A stretch of DNA of 64,000 bases from Eledone cirrhosa (lineage: Eukaryota). The notes below the pieces were generated by a model. It made no database searches. It saw only the letters and a list, made by a program, of their open reading frames with translations, and was not told the origin of the DNA. The stretch is taken from assembly GCA_964016885.1 (NCBI GenBank), contig OZ024740.1, positions 403,248,001-403,312,000 of the forward strand. The letters are read 5' to 3'. Shown piece by piece: positions 15,181 to 31,044 of this stretch; the first letter of the stretch is position 1, and every line of letters begins with the position of its first letter. The position numbers and the translations under genes were made by a program.

Positions 15181-15376
15181 TGATAGAGAGGGAGAGAGAG
15201 AGAGATTAGCTGGCAACTGTTTTCCTATTATACGGGAGATATTAGAGATAAAAGGAATATGTTGCTAGTTTCAAGTTTAAGAGTTGTCACATTTCTAGAT
15301 TTTATAGTATTTTGCCACTTGTTTTTTATGATGATGCGTAAAATGACATCCGTACAGAAGTTATAATGGAATAGTG

Positions 15377-15378
15377 TT

Positions 15379-15450
<72 letters not shown>

Positions 15451-15590
15451 TATATATATAGATATATATAGATATATATTTATATATATATATATTTATA
15501 TATATATTTATATATATATATATTTATATATATATATATTTATATATATATATATATTTATATATATATTTATATATTTATATATATATT

Positions 15591-15623
<33 letters not shown>

Positions 15624-15632
15624 TTATATATA

Positions 15633-15684
<52 letters not shown>

Positions 15685-15686
15685 TT
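15377..15686. repeat. (TA)n-rich microsatellite
   Basis: Direct inspection. Confidence 0.95.
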
Positions 15687-15867
15687 AATACATTAACAGA
15701 GAAAGCTTTAAGCGATACTCTAACCAACTCCATCTCACTCAACAGACATTAGGATATACCTAAGTATAATCCCAATTAAGTGTTTGAGGTGCTAACTATA
15801 CAGTATTCTGTAGATAGCTGGTTGTATTATTTTATATGAGACATAATTAAATAAATCTCTCTTTCTT

Positions 15868-15989
15868 TCCATACGATCGTTTCGTTATAAGATTTCTACA
15901 ACGTGAGTTAAATAATGTCCAAGTTATGTAGAAACTTGTATATAATCCTAGATATACACACAAGTGGGCCCTTATAACTCATCAGTGGA
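15868..15989 (-). ncRNA. Type I hammerhead ribozyme motif with a large stem II insertion
   Basis: TCCA-CTGATGA-GTTATAAG-(~80 nt)-CTTATAAC-GAAAC-GATC-GTA-TGGA; inside a segment flanked by (TA)n. Confidence 0.75.
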
Positions 15990-16267
15990 TGTCCATGCAA
16001 TATCAATATAAAAACACTACATCGATATTAATAATCAGTGGTGGTCTCCGTCAGTGCTAGGGCTGCTAAGTTTGAAAGCCCAGTAGTCCTTCGAAGGAAA
16101 ATTCACAATTTCCCAAAGGGGGGGGGGTCATCGTAAAATATAAAATAATATACACGTTGGTCATTGAAGCCTGTTAAGTATTTTAACCACGCGTTTAAGA
16201 ACTCAATACTTATATATATATATATTTATATATATATATATTTATATATATATATATATATATATAC

Positions 16268-17450
<1,183 letters not shown>

Positions 17451-18414
17451 TATATCTTAAATGTGGAAAGCAAATTCAAGGGTTAGTTTTATGAGAATTG
17501 GGCAGGATGTTTTCAACTTATATATAGGATTGATAGACGAGTGAATGGGGATTCAAAAGATAGAGAATAAGGCTGAGAGTAAGCAAACAGGTGTGATGTG
17601 CTAAATACTTTGTGGGAAACTAGTTATTCATTCAATATAAGAAACTAATGTTTGTTAGCAAATGAAACGAACCGATCGTCTGGTTAGAAAAAGGAAACTA
17701 TGTCGCTATTGGGTTTTTTTCCATTGCTTATACTATCTGCCGGTCGCAATTCCTGGCAGAAGATGACAGGATTTGTACTTAGAAGACACAGAGTCGGACC
17801 AGATTCTTTAACAATTCAGCCAGTTCCCCGCCTCTGGACAGGTACTTTTTTTTAACCCCGAAAAGATGAAAGACAGCGTTGGCACCGTTAACTTGTTAGT
17901 AAATGGACACTAATTGTTTTTCACTTCGTTAAAAGGAGTAAAATGCATTCTATCTATTTATCTTTACGCTTGCATTCGGAGTATTACTTCACAATCTCTC
18001 ATTATTCGGTTATATCTATCTGAACTTGTATGACAAATGTAACAGTTAGTCTCATGAAGTTTACAAATTTCACTTCTACAAGTATTGTTACTTCAAGTTT
18101 TGATAGTTCAAGTTGATAGTTATGGACTGCAAGGTAATTCACAAGTAAATGTTATGCCCACATTACAAAATACGTCATTGTCATAAGTTACCGAGAGGCT
18201 TTAAAATAACATAAATAGAAGAAGGGTGTTTTATAATGTCACCGTTGCTGTTCTCTGCTTGATGCCAAAATGAGCAACTTGCAAATGTTCCAGTCGGCGT
18301 AACTTTAGACAGGCGCCTCGCAGAAGAAACAATTTACCAATGACAGAAGACTAAACTTATAGTTTGTTTTATTATTCAAAATTAGTCACGCTGACTAGTT
18401 TTAGGATACAATAT

Positions 18415-18548
18415 ATAATGGTTTCTGATTTAGACACAAGGCCAACAATTTTTGGGGAGGGAAAAGTCGATTAAATCGACTCCAGTGCATTACTGGTACT
18501 TTATTTTATCGACCCCGTAAGAATGAAAGGCAAAGCTAACCTTGGCAT
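18415..18548 (-). mobile_element. SINE family 1, 5'-truncated
   Basis: Core and tail match the other copies. Confidence 0.75.
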
Positions 18549-18778
18549 ATTACAATATATAATATCAAGTCTTTAGTGATACCTCGACGATCTAGTTCAC
18601 CCGCGTTTCGGGCCTCATTAACAATTGTATGTTTTACATATGTGAATACAGCATGGTATCGATACCACAGGCTTGTTATGTGTGGATCTAAGCAGGACTG
18701 CAAGTTTGGAATAAGTTATATTCGCTTATATAAATTATTTTCATACTGGAAAGACATATATTGATACATTTTCAATTA

Positions 18779-18946
18779 TCGTATTTCCCGACGTCGAAGA
18801 CGCTACTTTTTTCCTAAAATAAGTCTCAAAAATCTACCATGCGTCCTGGGGGCCGAAGGTTGTTTATTATTTTTTTTCAAATTTTTGGTTGTCAAAATTA
18901 AGGTGCGTCCTCAAGGACGACGCGTCTTCGGCGCCGGGAAATGCGG
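18779..18946. mobile_element. Tc1/mariner-pogo-type MITE
   Basis: ~25-bp imperfect TIRs (TCGTATTTCCCGACGTCGAAGACGC / GCGTCTTCGGCGCCGGGAAATGCGG) with TA on both sides. Confidence 0.8.
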
Positions 18947-19446
18947 TAATTTCTGCCATTTCAATCTTATTAATGCAGCTTTATAAAATTATATACACCT
19001 TAATGTTTCTGTATCTTGCCTCTCTGCCGTTGCTTGGTGCACTCTGAATCGTCTGTCTCCGGATCGTCTGTCTCTGGATAGTCTGTCTCTGGATCCTCCA
19101 TATTTTGTTACACTCCATCAGAATAAACAGGACATAATACTATTATAAACTAGTTTTCTCTAAAGCGTCATTAACAAGCTACAGAAAAGCAAACCCGTGT
19201 TGAAATGAATACTATCGTGATATGAATGACATGAATAATGATTTCCAACCGAGGTGCAACGTTTACCGATTCTATTCACTTGGAAGGGGGGGGGGGGGGG
19301 GCGTAAAATTCAATTCGACGGCCGACACCCAGCGGCATTTTGTTCTACTATTTCTGCTATTGCTACCCTCAGATGACATTAATATTTGCAACAGTCATTC
19401 AAAAGTCTATAGCAATTCCTAACGAGGAACACTCAAGGATAAAAAG

Positions 19447-19999
19447 AATGATTTCTAGTATAGGCCCAAGGGGGAGGAGAAAGTCGATTAAATCGACCCC
19501 TGTACGTTACTGGTGCTTTATTTTATCGACCCCGTAAGGATGAAAGGCAAAGTTAACCTCGGCGGGATTTCAACTCAGACCGTAAAGGGCCGTAACTCTA
19601 TGCTACAAAGTATGGTGTCCGACTCTACCAATACTGCCAATCTACCGCCCTCCAGGATAAAATAATAAAATATAACTTTGCTATAATATTAGTAAGTGGT
19701 TTTCTAAACGATTAATAATAATTGTTTCTACATTTGACACAAGATCAGTAACTATTCCAGTATGTTACTGGTACTTTATTTTATCGACCCCGTAAGGATG
19801 AAAGGCAAACGATTAATAATAATTATTTCTAGTTTTGGCACAAGGCCAGCAATTATTCCAGTGTATTACTGGTACTTTATTTTATCGATCCCGTAAGGAT
19901 GAAAGGCAAAGTTAACCTCGGCGGGATTTGAACTCAGTCCGTAAAGGGTCGTAACTGTACTGCAAAGCATGACGCCCGACTCTCTACCGATACTGGCAA
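19447..19999 (-). mobile_element. Cluster of three family 1 SINEs (19447-19649, 19722-19806 truncated, 19820-19999)
   Basis: Repeated core ttatcgaccccgtaaggatgaaaggcaaa; AAACGATTAATAATAA duplicated around the truncated copy. Confidence 0.85.
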
Positions 20000-20633
20000 G
20001 TCACAATAATGTTATTTTATACATATCTAAGCATATCCTCCTGATTCCAATCACACAGATGTCTTCATATTTAGACGTATATATTGCATGTAAAAGAAAC
20101 ATTACACAAACGTACGTAACTAAAACTACATGATTGCATACATAAAAATATGTAATTAAAAATACATAATTACAAACATAAATGTAGGTATTTTTGTATA
20201 CAAACATACAGTATGTATATACCAAGGTTCGGACATAGAAAAATACACCAACAGAATGAAGGTAAGTATTGTTCATACTCGCACAGACATGCGCATACTT
20301 AGACTCCCATAAAATCCAATATACATATATTATTCATATTTAATTGGATTGTTTTCAGTAACAAAAACTAGCGCCAGTCAGTGAAATTCTTTGTTTTCTA
20401 CACCGTTAGGTTTTATGGCTATTTATTCGCTGATGCTACATCCATAAGTATAGTAATGTTACAATGCTGACATTTTGGCATACGGCCTAAGAAATCGTGT
20501 ATTTAGCTAGCGCCAGAAAAGAAGACGGCAACAGTGGAAGATTTTGACATCTCATTCTTTATAAACGTTTTGACTTTGCTTTTACTTACATAAATACATA
20601 AATTCAGACATAAATATGTATGTGCGTGTGAAA

Positions 20634-20718
20634 ATACATACATACATACATACATACATACATACATACATACATACATACATACATACATACATACATA
20701 CATACATACATACATACA
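20634..20718. repeat. (TACA)n tract, probable tail of the adjacent RTE-derived element
   Basis: Direct inspection. Confidence 0.85.
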
Positions 20719-21560
20719 TGATGGCTGTCCCCTCGTTATCAAGTATGGCCATTGCACGATATACCTTTATGAAATAATTATTAATTAATTCTATCGTGCA
20801 ATGCCTGTACTGAGCCAATCCCACTCTCTGAGCGACAGTAGCTATAACCCGAAAAGAAGAAAAGATCAACATTATCGGTAACTACTGAGCCGCAGGTTTT
20901 ATGTCGGAGTTATCCCAGTTTCCTGAGTTACCTTCTCCTAGAAGAATTCCCTGACAAAGGCTAGGGGCACTTCACTCCTACATGGTGGCTGCCAACTCGT
21001 TTTTGAGTACGGCCACTACTTTATATCCCTGTAGGAGAACCCCTACCGATGCGCTGAACGAGTGTGACTTTTTAGTCCAGCCAGCGACTTGAAAACTCTG
21101 GTACAAACACTACACTTGTGACAATTATTGACACATAGTGCTGGGCCCATGGTATCATGTGACGACAAGTGCAGAGAGATCTCCAGATATAAAGCAATGC
21201 CTGTGCCGTGAAGCTCACTATAAAAATAGTGAGCAAAGGCACTGCACAAAGCCAGTCCCACTCTCTTAACCAAGATGATATTTACCAAAAAGAAGAACAA
21301 GCCAACATCATTGGATACCATCAGGGTTGCAGGTGTTATATCAGAGTTTTCCTTCTCCTAGAATTCTGCCTTGACAAAGGCTAAGGGGTCATCTCTCCCG
21401 GTGATTTTGGATAGCCATTGACTCTTAAGAGCTCCTTTGCCCTTTGACAGGTTTTGTTTTTAGTCCTGCAGGATGTCCAAAGTCACCCTCCTCACCAAGA
21501 AACCTTGGTGGGGTTGCCAGTTTAGTCGCCAACGACCCGAACATGAGACAAGTTGTACTA
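20719..21560 (-). mobile_element. Non-autonomous RTE-derived element(s)
   Basis: Two copies of an RTE 5'-type motif (GCCTTTGTCA..TCTAGGAGAAGG..AACTC) at ~20925-20965 and ~21345-21385; terminal C2H2 finger CSVCTRVFKSLAGLKSHTRSAH; RTE-type 3' end before (TATG)n. Confidence 0.55.
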
Positions 21561-21709
21561 GATTACATGTGACCTGACATACAAATATACATACATACAT
21601 ACATACGTGCATACATACATACATACATACATACATACATACATACGCTCCTACATACATACATACATACATACATACATACATACATACATACATAAAT
21701 ACATCGGAA

Positions 21710-21982
21710 GGCACTCCGTCGGTTGCGACGACGAGTGTTCCAGTTGATCCGATCAACGGAACAGCCAGGTCGTGAAATTAACGCGCAAGTGGCTGAGCAT
21801 TCCATAAACACGCGTACCTTTAAAGTAGTTCTCAGGGAGATTCGGTGTGACACAGAATGTGAAAAGGCTGGCCCTTCGAATTACAGGTACAACTCATTTT
21901 TGGCAGCTGAGTGAACTGGAGCAACGTGAAATAAAATGTCTTAGTCCAGGACACAACGTGCTGCCGGGAATCGAATTCTCGA
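21710..21982 (-). mobile_element. tRNA-derived SINE, family 2 (CORE-like head)
   Basis: TTCGATTCC B-box, TTGTGTCC..AAGACA..TTTATTTCACGTTGCTCC, tail ..CAACCGACGGAGTGCC; degenerate relatives at ~4310-4620 (+) and 29595-29836 (+). Confidence 0.7.
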
Positions 21983-21984
21983 TC

Positions 21985-22612
<628 letters not shown>

Positions 22613-22896
22613 TTCACATATTCGTTTCTGTCCAGGCGCTGAAATGTAAGTTTTTTTTTAAATCTTTTTCTGTGTACAATAGTTAAACCTGTTAGATTGT
22701 TACCAGCCTTAAGCTGTTCTACTCTGGAACGGTTGTCCTGCGTATATACCTGCGTATATACCTGCGTATATACCTGTACAGTTCTAACGTTGCTCTCAAA
22801 CATCTCCTTTTTTACACATATTATCTTTGAGCAATTTTGCAGGCGGCAAGGTTGGAAACATTGTGATAGCATTGTATCGATCTAAATCCCCATTAT

Positions 22897-22927
<31 letters not shown>

Positions 22928-23070
22928 CACACACAAGGGCGGTGTTCCAGCATGACCTCAGCCGGATGTCTGGAACAGGTAAAAGAGTAAAACAGTATAT
23001 ATACATATATATATGTGTGTGTGTGTGTGTATACATATACATATATATACACACATATATATTGATACAT

Positions 23071-23105
<35 letters not shown>

Positions 23106-23137
23106 TATTAATACATATATACATACATATATATATA

Positions 23138-23193
<56 letters not shown>

Positions 23194-23206
23194 TATATAT
23201 ATATTC

Positions 23207-23301
<95 letters not shown>

Positions 23302-23942
23302 TTGTGTTGATGTTTACTGGCCGTTTTCCAAATAAACATCAAACACTTCCATTTTGATAGCGATCAACTTCTTGCTTATTTGGTTTATTTAGTCTGAACC
23401 ACTTTTATATTATTTTTTATTGTGGGAAAGCCTGGCCCAGACAGTACTACTGTGTATAATTAAATGATGTGTCGTTGATCTCTCGAAAGTGTAGATCCGT
23501 GACGGATTAAGCAACAAACAGATGATGTTTCCAAGTTCTGCTTCCGACACTGTAAGCAGCGGATTAAGCTGGTAGTGAGAGTCTAAGAGCTACCATGTAT
23601 CTTTGTTCGTTTATGTGTGTTTTTTTTTTCTATATTCATTTCTTTTTATCTGATTTTTTGTTTGTTCTTTTTTTTTCTTTTTTTTTCCAGTTCAATAATT
23701 TCACCAGCCTTATCTATGATTCCAACGTTAAAAAAAAGATAAAAGGGAGAATAGGTATTATTAAGCTTAAAACCGTAGCCAGAAAAGGAAACAAAAATTC
23801 TATACAGAAAGTCTTTTTCATTGTGTCCTTTATTTCTTTTTATGTCTCTGTTTTGTCTTCTTTTTTTTATTTTGCTTGCCTTACTTTTTAGGGTAATTTG
23901 TAAATCATAGATAAATGAAATATTTACCATTTGTAATAGTGG

Positions 23943-24065
<123 letters not shown>

Positions 24066-25198
24066 CGAACCAATTTACAATCCCTTTCATTTATTGGTTA
24101 CAAAATTTGAATTCATTCAAAGTTAAAGATACAAGAGATTCTAGGAAGCAAATTTGGTCATCTGTTGTGTTGGTAATAATTGTTTGACATGAACATTAAC
24201 ATTAACTGAAGCGATTTAGTGATCAAATAGTGCGCAAATAACTACTAAACGTAGGGATGGATATTGTTCAAAAGGAAGTGGGGTAGAGAGTCAATTTCAA
24301 AGAAAGTATTCTGACATTTGCGGCGTCCCTTAGGTTTCTTCAATATAGCAGAACATCCTCTAAATATCCAGTTTGGATTCTACGTTGTTCAGTTAGATCC
24401 GACAGAAAACTGTACGACAAAAAGAGAAAAAAGGTGGTGTAATGCAAAGACAGCTATCATGACAATACTATAACAAAGATATATTTTGAAGGTTTCGTCA
24501 TTCGTCGCCATTTTGTATCCGTTAACTTATTCTTACAGCATCCCCAATTGTTTTGTGCTTGGATGTTGTTGATTTTACTATTACATGTTTTTTGGTCCAA
24601 AATACTTTTTAGTGGATTTAGTTTCATTTGAATATTTCTTTGTCAGTGTTTGTCTTTCTTCTTTTGATTCTATCCCTGTCTCTCTTTTCTCGTTTTTTAC
24701 TTCCTTTTCTCTAATTTTATTTTTCATTTTTTTCTCGCTCTCTCTCAATGTTTATATATACATATATTTATATATATGTGTGTGGGTGTGTGGGGGGGGG
24801 GGGGGGTATATATATACACGTGTGTGTGTATATATGTGCGTGAGTGTTTGCGTATGTATACTGATGCGGCAGCATACACTCATATATATGTATACACCGA
24901 CACACACCTTTACTTTAGTCCCGTAACTCCTGAAGGATTCGTAGAGGCGCCATATTGACATACAAAGTTTCTGAATACAGCAGATTTCTTCCAGAGAAGG
25001 ATAGATAGTGAGATGATGGAAGTGGAAAAGAGATATAGAGGAAGAATCAACTCCAATACTTGACTGGTTCTTTTTTATCGACCTCGAATGAATGGATGAA
25101 AGGCAAAGTTGACCTCGGGGCGATTTGAACTCAGAGACCGAAACAAATACCGCAACAAACACACACATACACATACACACGCACGCCCCCCCCCCCCC

Positions 25199-25259
<61 letters not shown>

Positions 25260-25263
<4 letters not shown>

Positions 25264-25447
25264 GTTTCTACTTTTGATACAAGGCCAGCAATTATCCCTG
25301 TGTATTACTGGTACTTTATTTTATCGACCCCGTAAGGATGAAAGGCAAAGTTAACCTCGGCGAGATTTGAACTCAGACTGTAAAGGGGCGAAACTCTATG
25401 CTGCCACGTATGGTGCCCGACTCTACCGATACGGCCAATTCACCGCC
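25260..25447 (-). mobile_element. SINE family 1 (partial copies also at ~25040-25140 and 25598-25667)
   Basis: Matches the family consensus seen in this window. Confidence 0.85.
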
Positions 25448-26060
25448 TTCCAGGATAAAATAATAAAATATAGCTTTGCTATAACATTAGTAATTGGTTT
25501 TCTAAACGATTAATAATAAAGTTATTTCATACGTATCTAACCATATCTTCCTGATTCAATCACACAGATGTCTTCATATTTATACGTATATATTGCATGT
25601 AAAGGGGCGTAACTCTATGCTGCAAAGCATGGCGTCTGACCCTCTACCGATACTGCCAAACCACCGCTTACATAATAAGAAGTTGACAGGTCAAAAACAC
25701 CATTTTCGCTGAAGTTTTCCAGATTAGAACCTGGAAGCTCAGTAATCTACCGGGATAACCTTCGGATTACCTACGAATTACTTAATCTTTTTTAATTGCT
25801 CTTTCACTAGCTCGTCCCTCTTTTTTCTTTTCTTTTCTTTTTCTCTTTTCATTTTCGTTTTCCTCGTCCTTTTCCCATGCCTCCACCCTATTTTCCCCCT
25901 AACCTCTTATCATTGTTAACTTTTATTCTACTCTCCTTTACTTTCTGATACGTCGGAGACATTTCTTTTCCAATGTCGTACATGCGGTAACTTAACATTT
26001 TCTAATGTTCTGCTTTATCTTCACTGTATGTGAATATAAATATATATATGTATATACACA

Positions 26061-26095
<35 letters not shown>

Positions 26096-26130
26096 TCATA
26101 TATATATATACATTCATATATATATATACA

Positions 26131-26202
<72 letters not shown>

Positions 26203-26204
<2 letters not shown>

Positions 26205-26508
26205 GTTTTCCTGCACCATTCGCGTGAGTTACGTTCCTAGACACCCGCAAATAGTGAAAAACCACGAATATTCGATATGGTGCATAAAAATGCCTAAAAA
26301 CGTCAAAACATAACGTAATATATAGACAAATATGGTATATTGTCATTAATAAGTTACCGTTAAAAATCGTGAAGAAATATATATATATTGCCTCGGAAAA
26401 AGCCATAAAAAATCGCGGATGATATTTACGATTCCGTGAATATGCGGGTGTTTCCACGAACAATTATTAGGATCTAAGGATAATACCGCGAAAGCTGGGG
26501 ATACACTG
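26203..26508. mobile_element. Tigger/pogo-like non-autonomous DNA element
   Basis: Imperfect TIRs CAGT..TTCGCG / CGCGAA..ACTG in TA context; internal CGCGAATA-like repeats. Confidence 0.55.
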
Positions 26509-26527
26509 TATATACATATATATAAAA

Positions 26528-26683
26528 AAAGGATCGATCGTCTTTGGTCAGATCGGACCGAGGAAACAATGTTTTCGTCAGTCTTTCAAGTTGCTAGTAC
26601 TATCTATCGGTCGCACCTCCTGGTAGAAGGAGCAACGTGAAATAAAGTGTCTTGCTCAAGGGCATAACGTATCACCCGGTCCA
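26528..26683 (-). mobile_element. SINE with family 2 head and a distinct body; second copy at 28998-29165
   Basis: Shared ggatcgatcg..agatcggaccgaggaaacaatgttttcgtc..gaaataaagtgtcttgctcaagg; diverged body also at ~17670-17765. Confidence 0.7.
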
Positions 26684-26802
26684 GAAATAGCCGTCGAAAC
26701 GGCTTGAGCTCTGCCGTCAGGGTCATACTTTTTTCTATATATATATATATATGTGTGTAAAAGAAATCAAAGAACGCCTACATACTCATACGATTTTTAT
26801 TC

Positions 26803-26847
26803 GCTGACAATGTTTCATCCATACCGTGGGGCAGGACTCATCAGAGC
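26803..26847 (-). ncRNA. Minimal type I hammerhead ribozyme
   Basis: GCT-CTGATGA-GTCC(tgccccacggtat)GGAT-GAAAC-ATT-GTC-AGC: canonical core and GUC site, in a ~100-bp island between (TA)n tracts. Confidence 0.85.
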
Positions 26848-26854
26848 TTTATAC

Positions 26855-27278
<424 letters not shown>

Positions 27279-27346
27279 TTTTTTCTTTATACTTTCACTC
27301 GTGTAGGACACCTCGGTAATTTTTCAATTTGTAAAAAAAACCTCAC

Positions 27347-27403
<57 letters not shown>

Positions 27404-27418
27404 ATATATATATATATT

Positions 27419-27463
<45 letters not shown>

Positions 27464-27696
27464 ACTCATTACGCACATACTATATTTCTGAATACGTCAT
27501 TACAAATTCCTCTCCTTCTTCTTCTTCTTTTGCTGATGATGCTACTATTACTACTACCATCACCACCACTACTACTACTAGTACTGCTACTACTAATACT
27601 ACTACTACTACTTTTTCTTATTTCTTTTTTACGTTCTTACGCTCTCTCTCATTCTCTTCCCCCTCCTTTCTCTCTCTCACACCCTCTTTCCTTCTG

Positions 27697-27854
<158 letters not shown>

Positions 27855-28020
27855 TATCACTATCTCTCAGTACTGAAGAATTTCTACAATAAAGGCCACT
27901 GGTGTTTTGTCTATTTATGTATTTATTTATGCTTTTTTCTGTCTTCTTTTGGTCATAAACTTGACCGAATTGTCCAATCTTATTAGTTTCCTCTGACTTT
28001 ACAGATTCTAGTCTACTGGA

Positions 28021-28243
28021 GTGAGTGTGTGTGTATGTCTGTGTGTTTGTGTGGATGTATGTATGTATGAGTGTTGATGTGTGTGTATGTATGTGTGTGT
28101 GTGTGTTGATGTATGTCTGTGTATGTATGTGTGTGTGTGTTTGTGTGGATGTATGTATGTGTGTTGATGTGTGTGTAGGTATGTGTGTTGATGTATGTCT
28201 GTGTATGTATGTGTGTATGTGTGTTTTGTGGATGTATGTATGT

Positions 28244-28280
<37 letters not shown>

Positions 28281-28545
28281 AGTTTATGTATGTGTGTATG
28301 CGTGTGTGTGTGTGTGCGTCAGTGTATATATATGTGTGTGTATATATATGTATGTGCATGTGTGTGTGTATATATATGTATGTGTATGTATGTGTGTGTG
28401 TATATATATGTATGTGTATGTATGTGTATGTGTGTGTGTGTCAGTGTATATATACGTGTGTGTATGTGTGTGTTGATGTAATACCTGTGTATGTATGTGT
28501 GTGTATATATATGTATGTGTATGTATGTGTGTGTTTGTGTGGATG
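28021..28545. repeat. Degenerate TG/TA microsatellite
   Basis: Direct inspection. Confidence 0.9.
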
Positions 28546-28794
28546 TTATATTTGTTTGTTTGGGTGGTTTTTACTTTACCTTCTCTTATTTTCCTTCGTT
28601 TGCCATATTGATTTCTTCGCTGGCCATAGACGCTAGTTTTCCCTCTTTTATAACGTCTCACAGAGTTACCTACAAAATCTAATCTGGCTCTTCAGGCAAC
28701 AACAGAGCACTAAAATTATTTTAATATTCGAGTAAAAACAAATGCTCAGAATACATGATACAGGTTGGATTATATTTACTCTTCTCTGTTAATG

Positions 28795-28868
<74 letters not shown>

Positions 28869-28932
28869 TGTATATATATGTCTGTGTGAGTATATATACT
28901 GTATGTATATCTATATAAATATATATATACGG

Positions 28933-28975
<43 letters not shown>

Positions 28976-30299
28976 ATATATATATATATATATAAAGAGG
29001 ATCGATCGACTTTCTTCAGATCGGACCGAGGAAACAATGTTTTCGTCGGTCTTTCCAGTTGCTAGCACTATATATCGGTCGTAACTCCAGGTAGAAGGAG
29101 CAGCCTGAAATAAAGTGTCTTGCTCAAGGACATTACGCATCACCCGGTCCAGGAATCGAACTCACAACCTCATTGCGCATAAGTATAATGTACCAATCAA
29201 ATACTGAGGTCGATTCAATCGACTTACCCCTCTCCCAAATTGCTGGCCATGAGCCTAAATTAAAAATCGTTATCAGTCATACACAGTGGATATCAGAAAC
29301 ACCCTAGGATAGGACAAATCTTGCTGCGGTATTTAGTTGGGAACCTTTACTTTCCTGGGCTCAACTCCCACCTAATTTAACTTTGCTCTTCATCTTTTCT
29401 AAATCGATAACTTAAATATTAGTCACGTACATACCCTCCTACGAGATCTCATATAAAGGGTTCGGTTTCGAAGCAAAAATAACGAGCAACAAAACCAATA
29501 ACAATATAGTATATGAGAACCACTCGTAGTGAATTACCAGTGTACTATACCTATACTTTATGTACACAAGTATATGCATAAAATGTCTTTCAGTAATACA
29601 CTTTATTTCATGTTGTCACATTTCACTCACCTGGCAACAATGTGTTGTATAATTTTTTGTGTTGTATAATTTTAAAGGCCTTGTCACACACTGTGTAACG
29701 CTGAACCTCACAGAGAACTACATTTAGGGTGCACGTGTCTGTGAAATACCTACCCAATTACATGTTAATTCCGCGAGCAGGCAGTTCGATTGTTAAAAAA
29801 ACTAGAACGCATGTCGTCAGAACCGCGGGAAATCCATCACACACTCACCAAACAGTATAGCATTTTGCCTATAATAGAAATTACCATTGTTATTAGTACG
29901 ATCATCAGCAACGTCTTCATCACCATCAATTATCCCTACTATTGTTGCTACAGTTGTTTCAGTCACAAGCGTTACTAATAAATCTTCTTGTTATTATTAT
30001 CAGTGTCGGTAGAGGGTCGGACGCCATGCTTTGCAGCAAAGAGTTACGGCCCTTTACTACCTTAGATTAGTTTGACTTGCATAATTGCTGATAATTATAA
30101 TGACCTTATATATATGACCAGTGGCGGACTGAGTCTAAAAATATTGGTTGCCAGGAGATGCTATCATTTAATTTTTATAATGAATAAATAACAATTACGA
30201 AAATATCTTACCTTCTCCAATAAAAAATATTTTGTATTTTGCGAGATCCAGAGACTTTCAATAATGACCAGAAGTCGATCCTAGATATTACTAATAGCT

Positions 30300-30670
30300 C
30301 TAGGAAAGCCATGAACTACACCACATCTTTTTAGCTTTGATTTTGAAAGTAGGTTTATAATTATCAATTTTCATTATACTGTTGTAGCTGTCTCCGTGGG
30401 GATCCTGGTCTGAAGTTCCAGCCTGGTCGGGAGTAGGGTTCCCAGTAAACGTTTTCAGTTTTTTTTCTATGGGTTGTAAAATAAAAACTGAAAAAGGTTA
30501 CATGTACCTCTTAACTAGGATTGAACCCAAGGTCAGGATCTACACCGTCTCTAGTACCTACCGCTAGGCCACAGAGACAACTACGAAATTCTTATGAAAA
30601 TTCATACTTATAAACCTACTTTAAAAATGTTCATAATAAAGTGTTGTGGTGTTGTTCATGTCTTTCTTAA
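30300..30670. mobile_element. Degenerate inverted-repeat (MITE-like) element
   Basis: gaaagccatgaactacaccaca..aaagtaggtttataa..gtagctgtctccgtgg mirrored by ccacagagacaactac..ttataaacctacttt..tgtggtgttgttcatgtctttc. Confidence 0.6.
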
Positions 30671-30996
30671 TGTTATCACTCCTACTTAAGGTTGACTTCT
30701 AAATCACTTGGGTGTTCCATAAACTACATCCTCGTTTTGTTTCACATCTATCTAGACTATATTTTAACCTGTAATCCATGTTTCATTTCTTTTGCACGGC
30801 ATTTCACCGCCACCTCCCTCTCTCTTTCTCTCTGTGATATTTTAATCTACTATGATTTGGGGTTATATATATGTGTGTGTGTGTGTGTATGTGTGTATGT
30901 GTGTGTGTGTATACAGCACCTTCACCACTAATTGATTTGACAGATGTCTTTAACTCATTGATACCAAATATTATTTGGTCAGTGGTTCGCGTGTAA

Positions 30997-31044
<48 letters not shown>

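Noticed and set aside
22690-22885. Possible host exon and 3x 12-bp repeat CCTGCGTATATA
   Set aside because: No recognisable domain; simple slippage repeat
24389-24511. 40-aa hydrophobic minus-strand ORF with AAAATGGCG start
   Set aside because: Too short, no recognisable homology or transcript support
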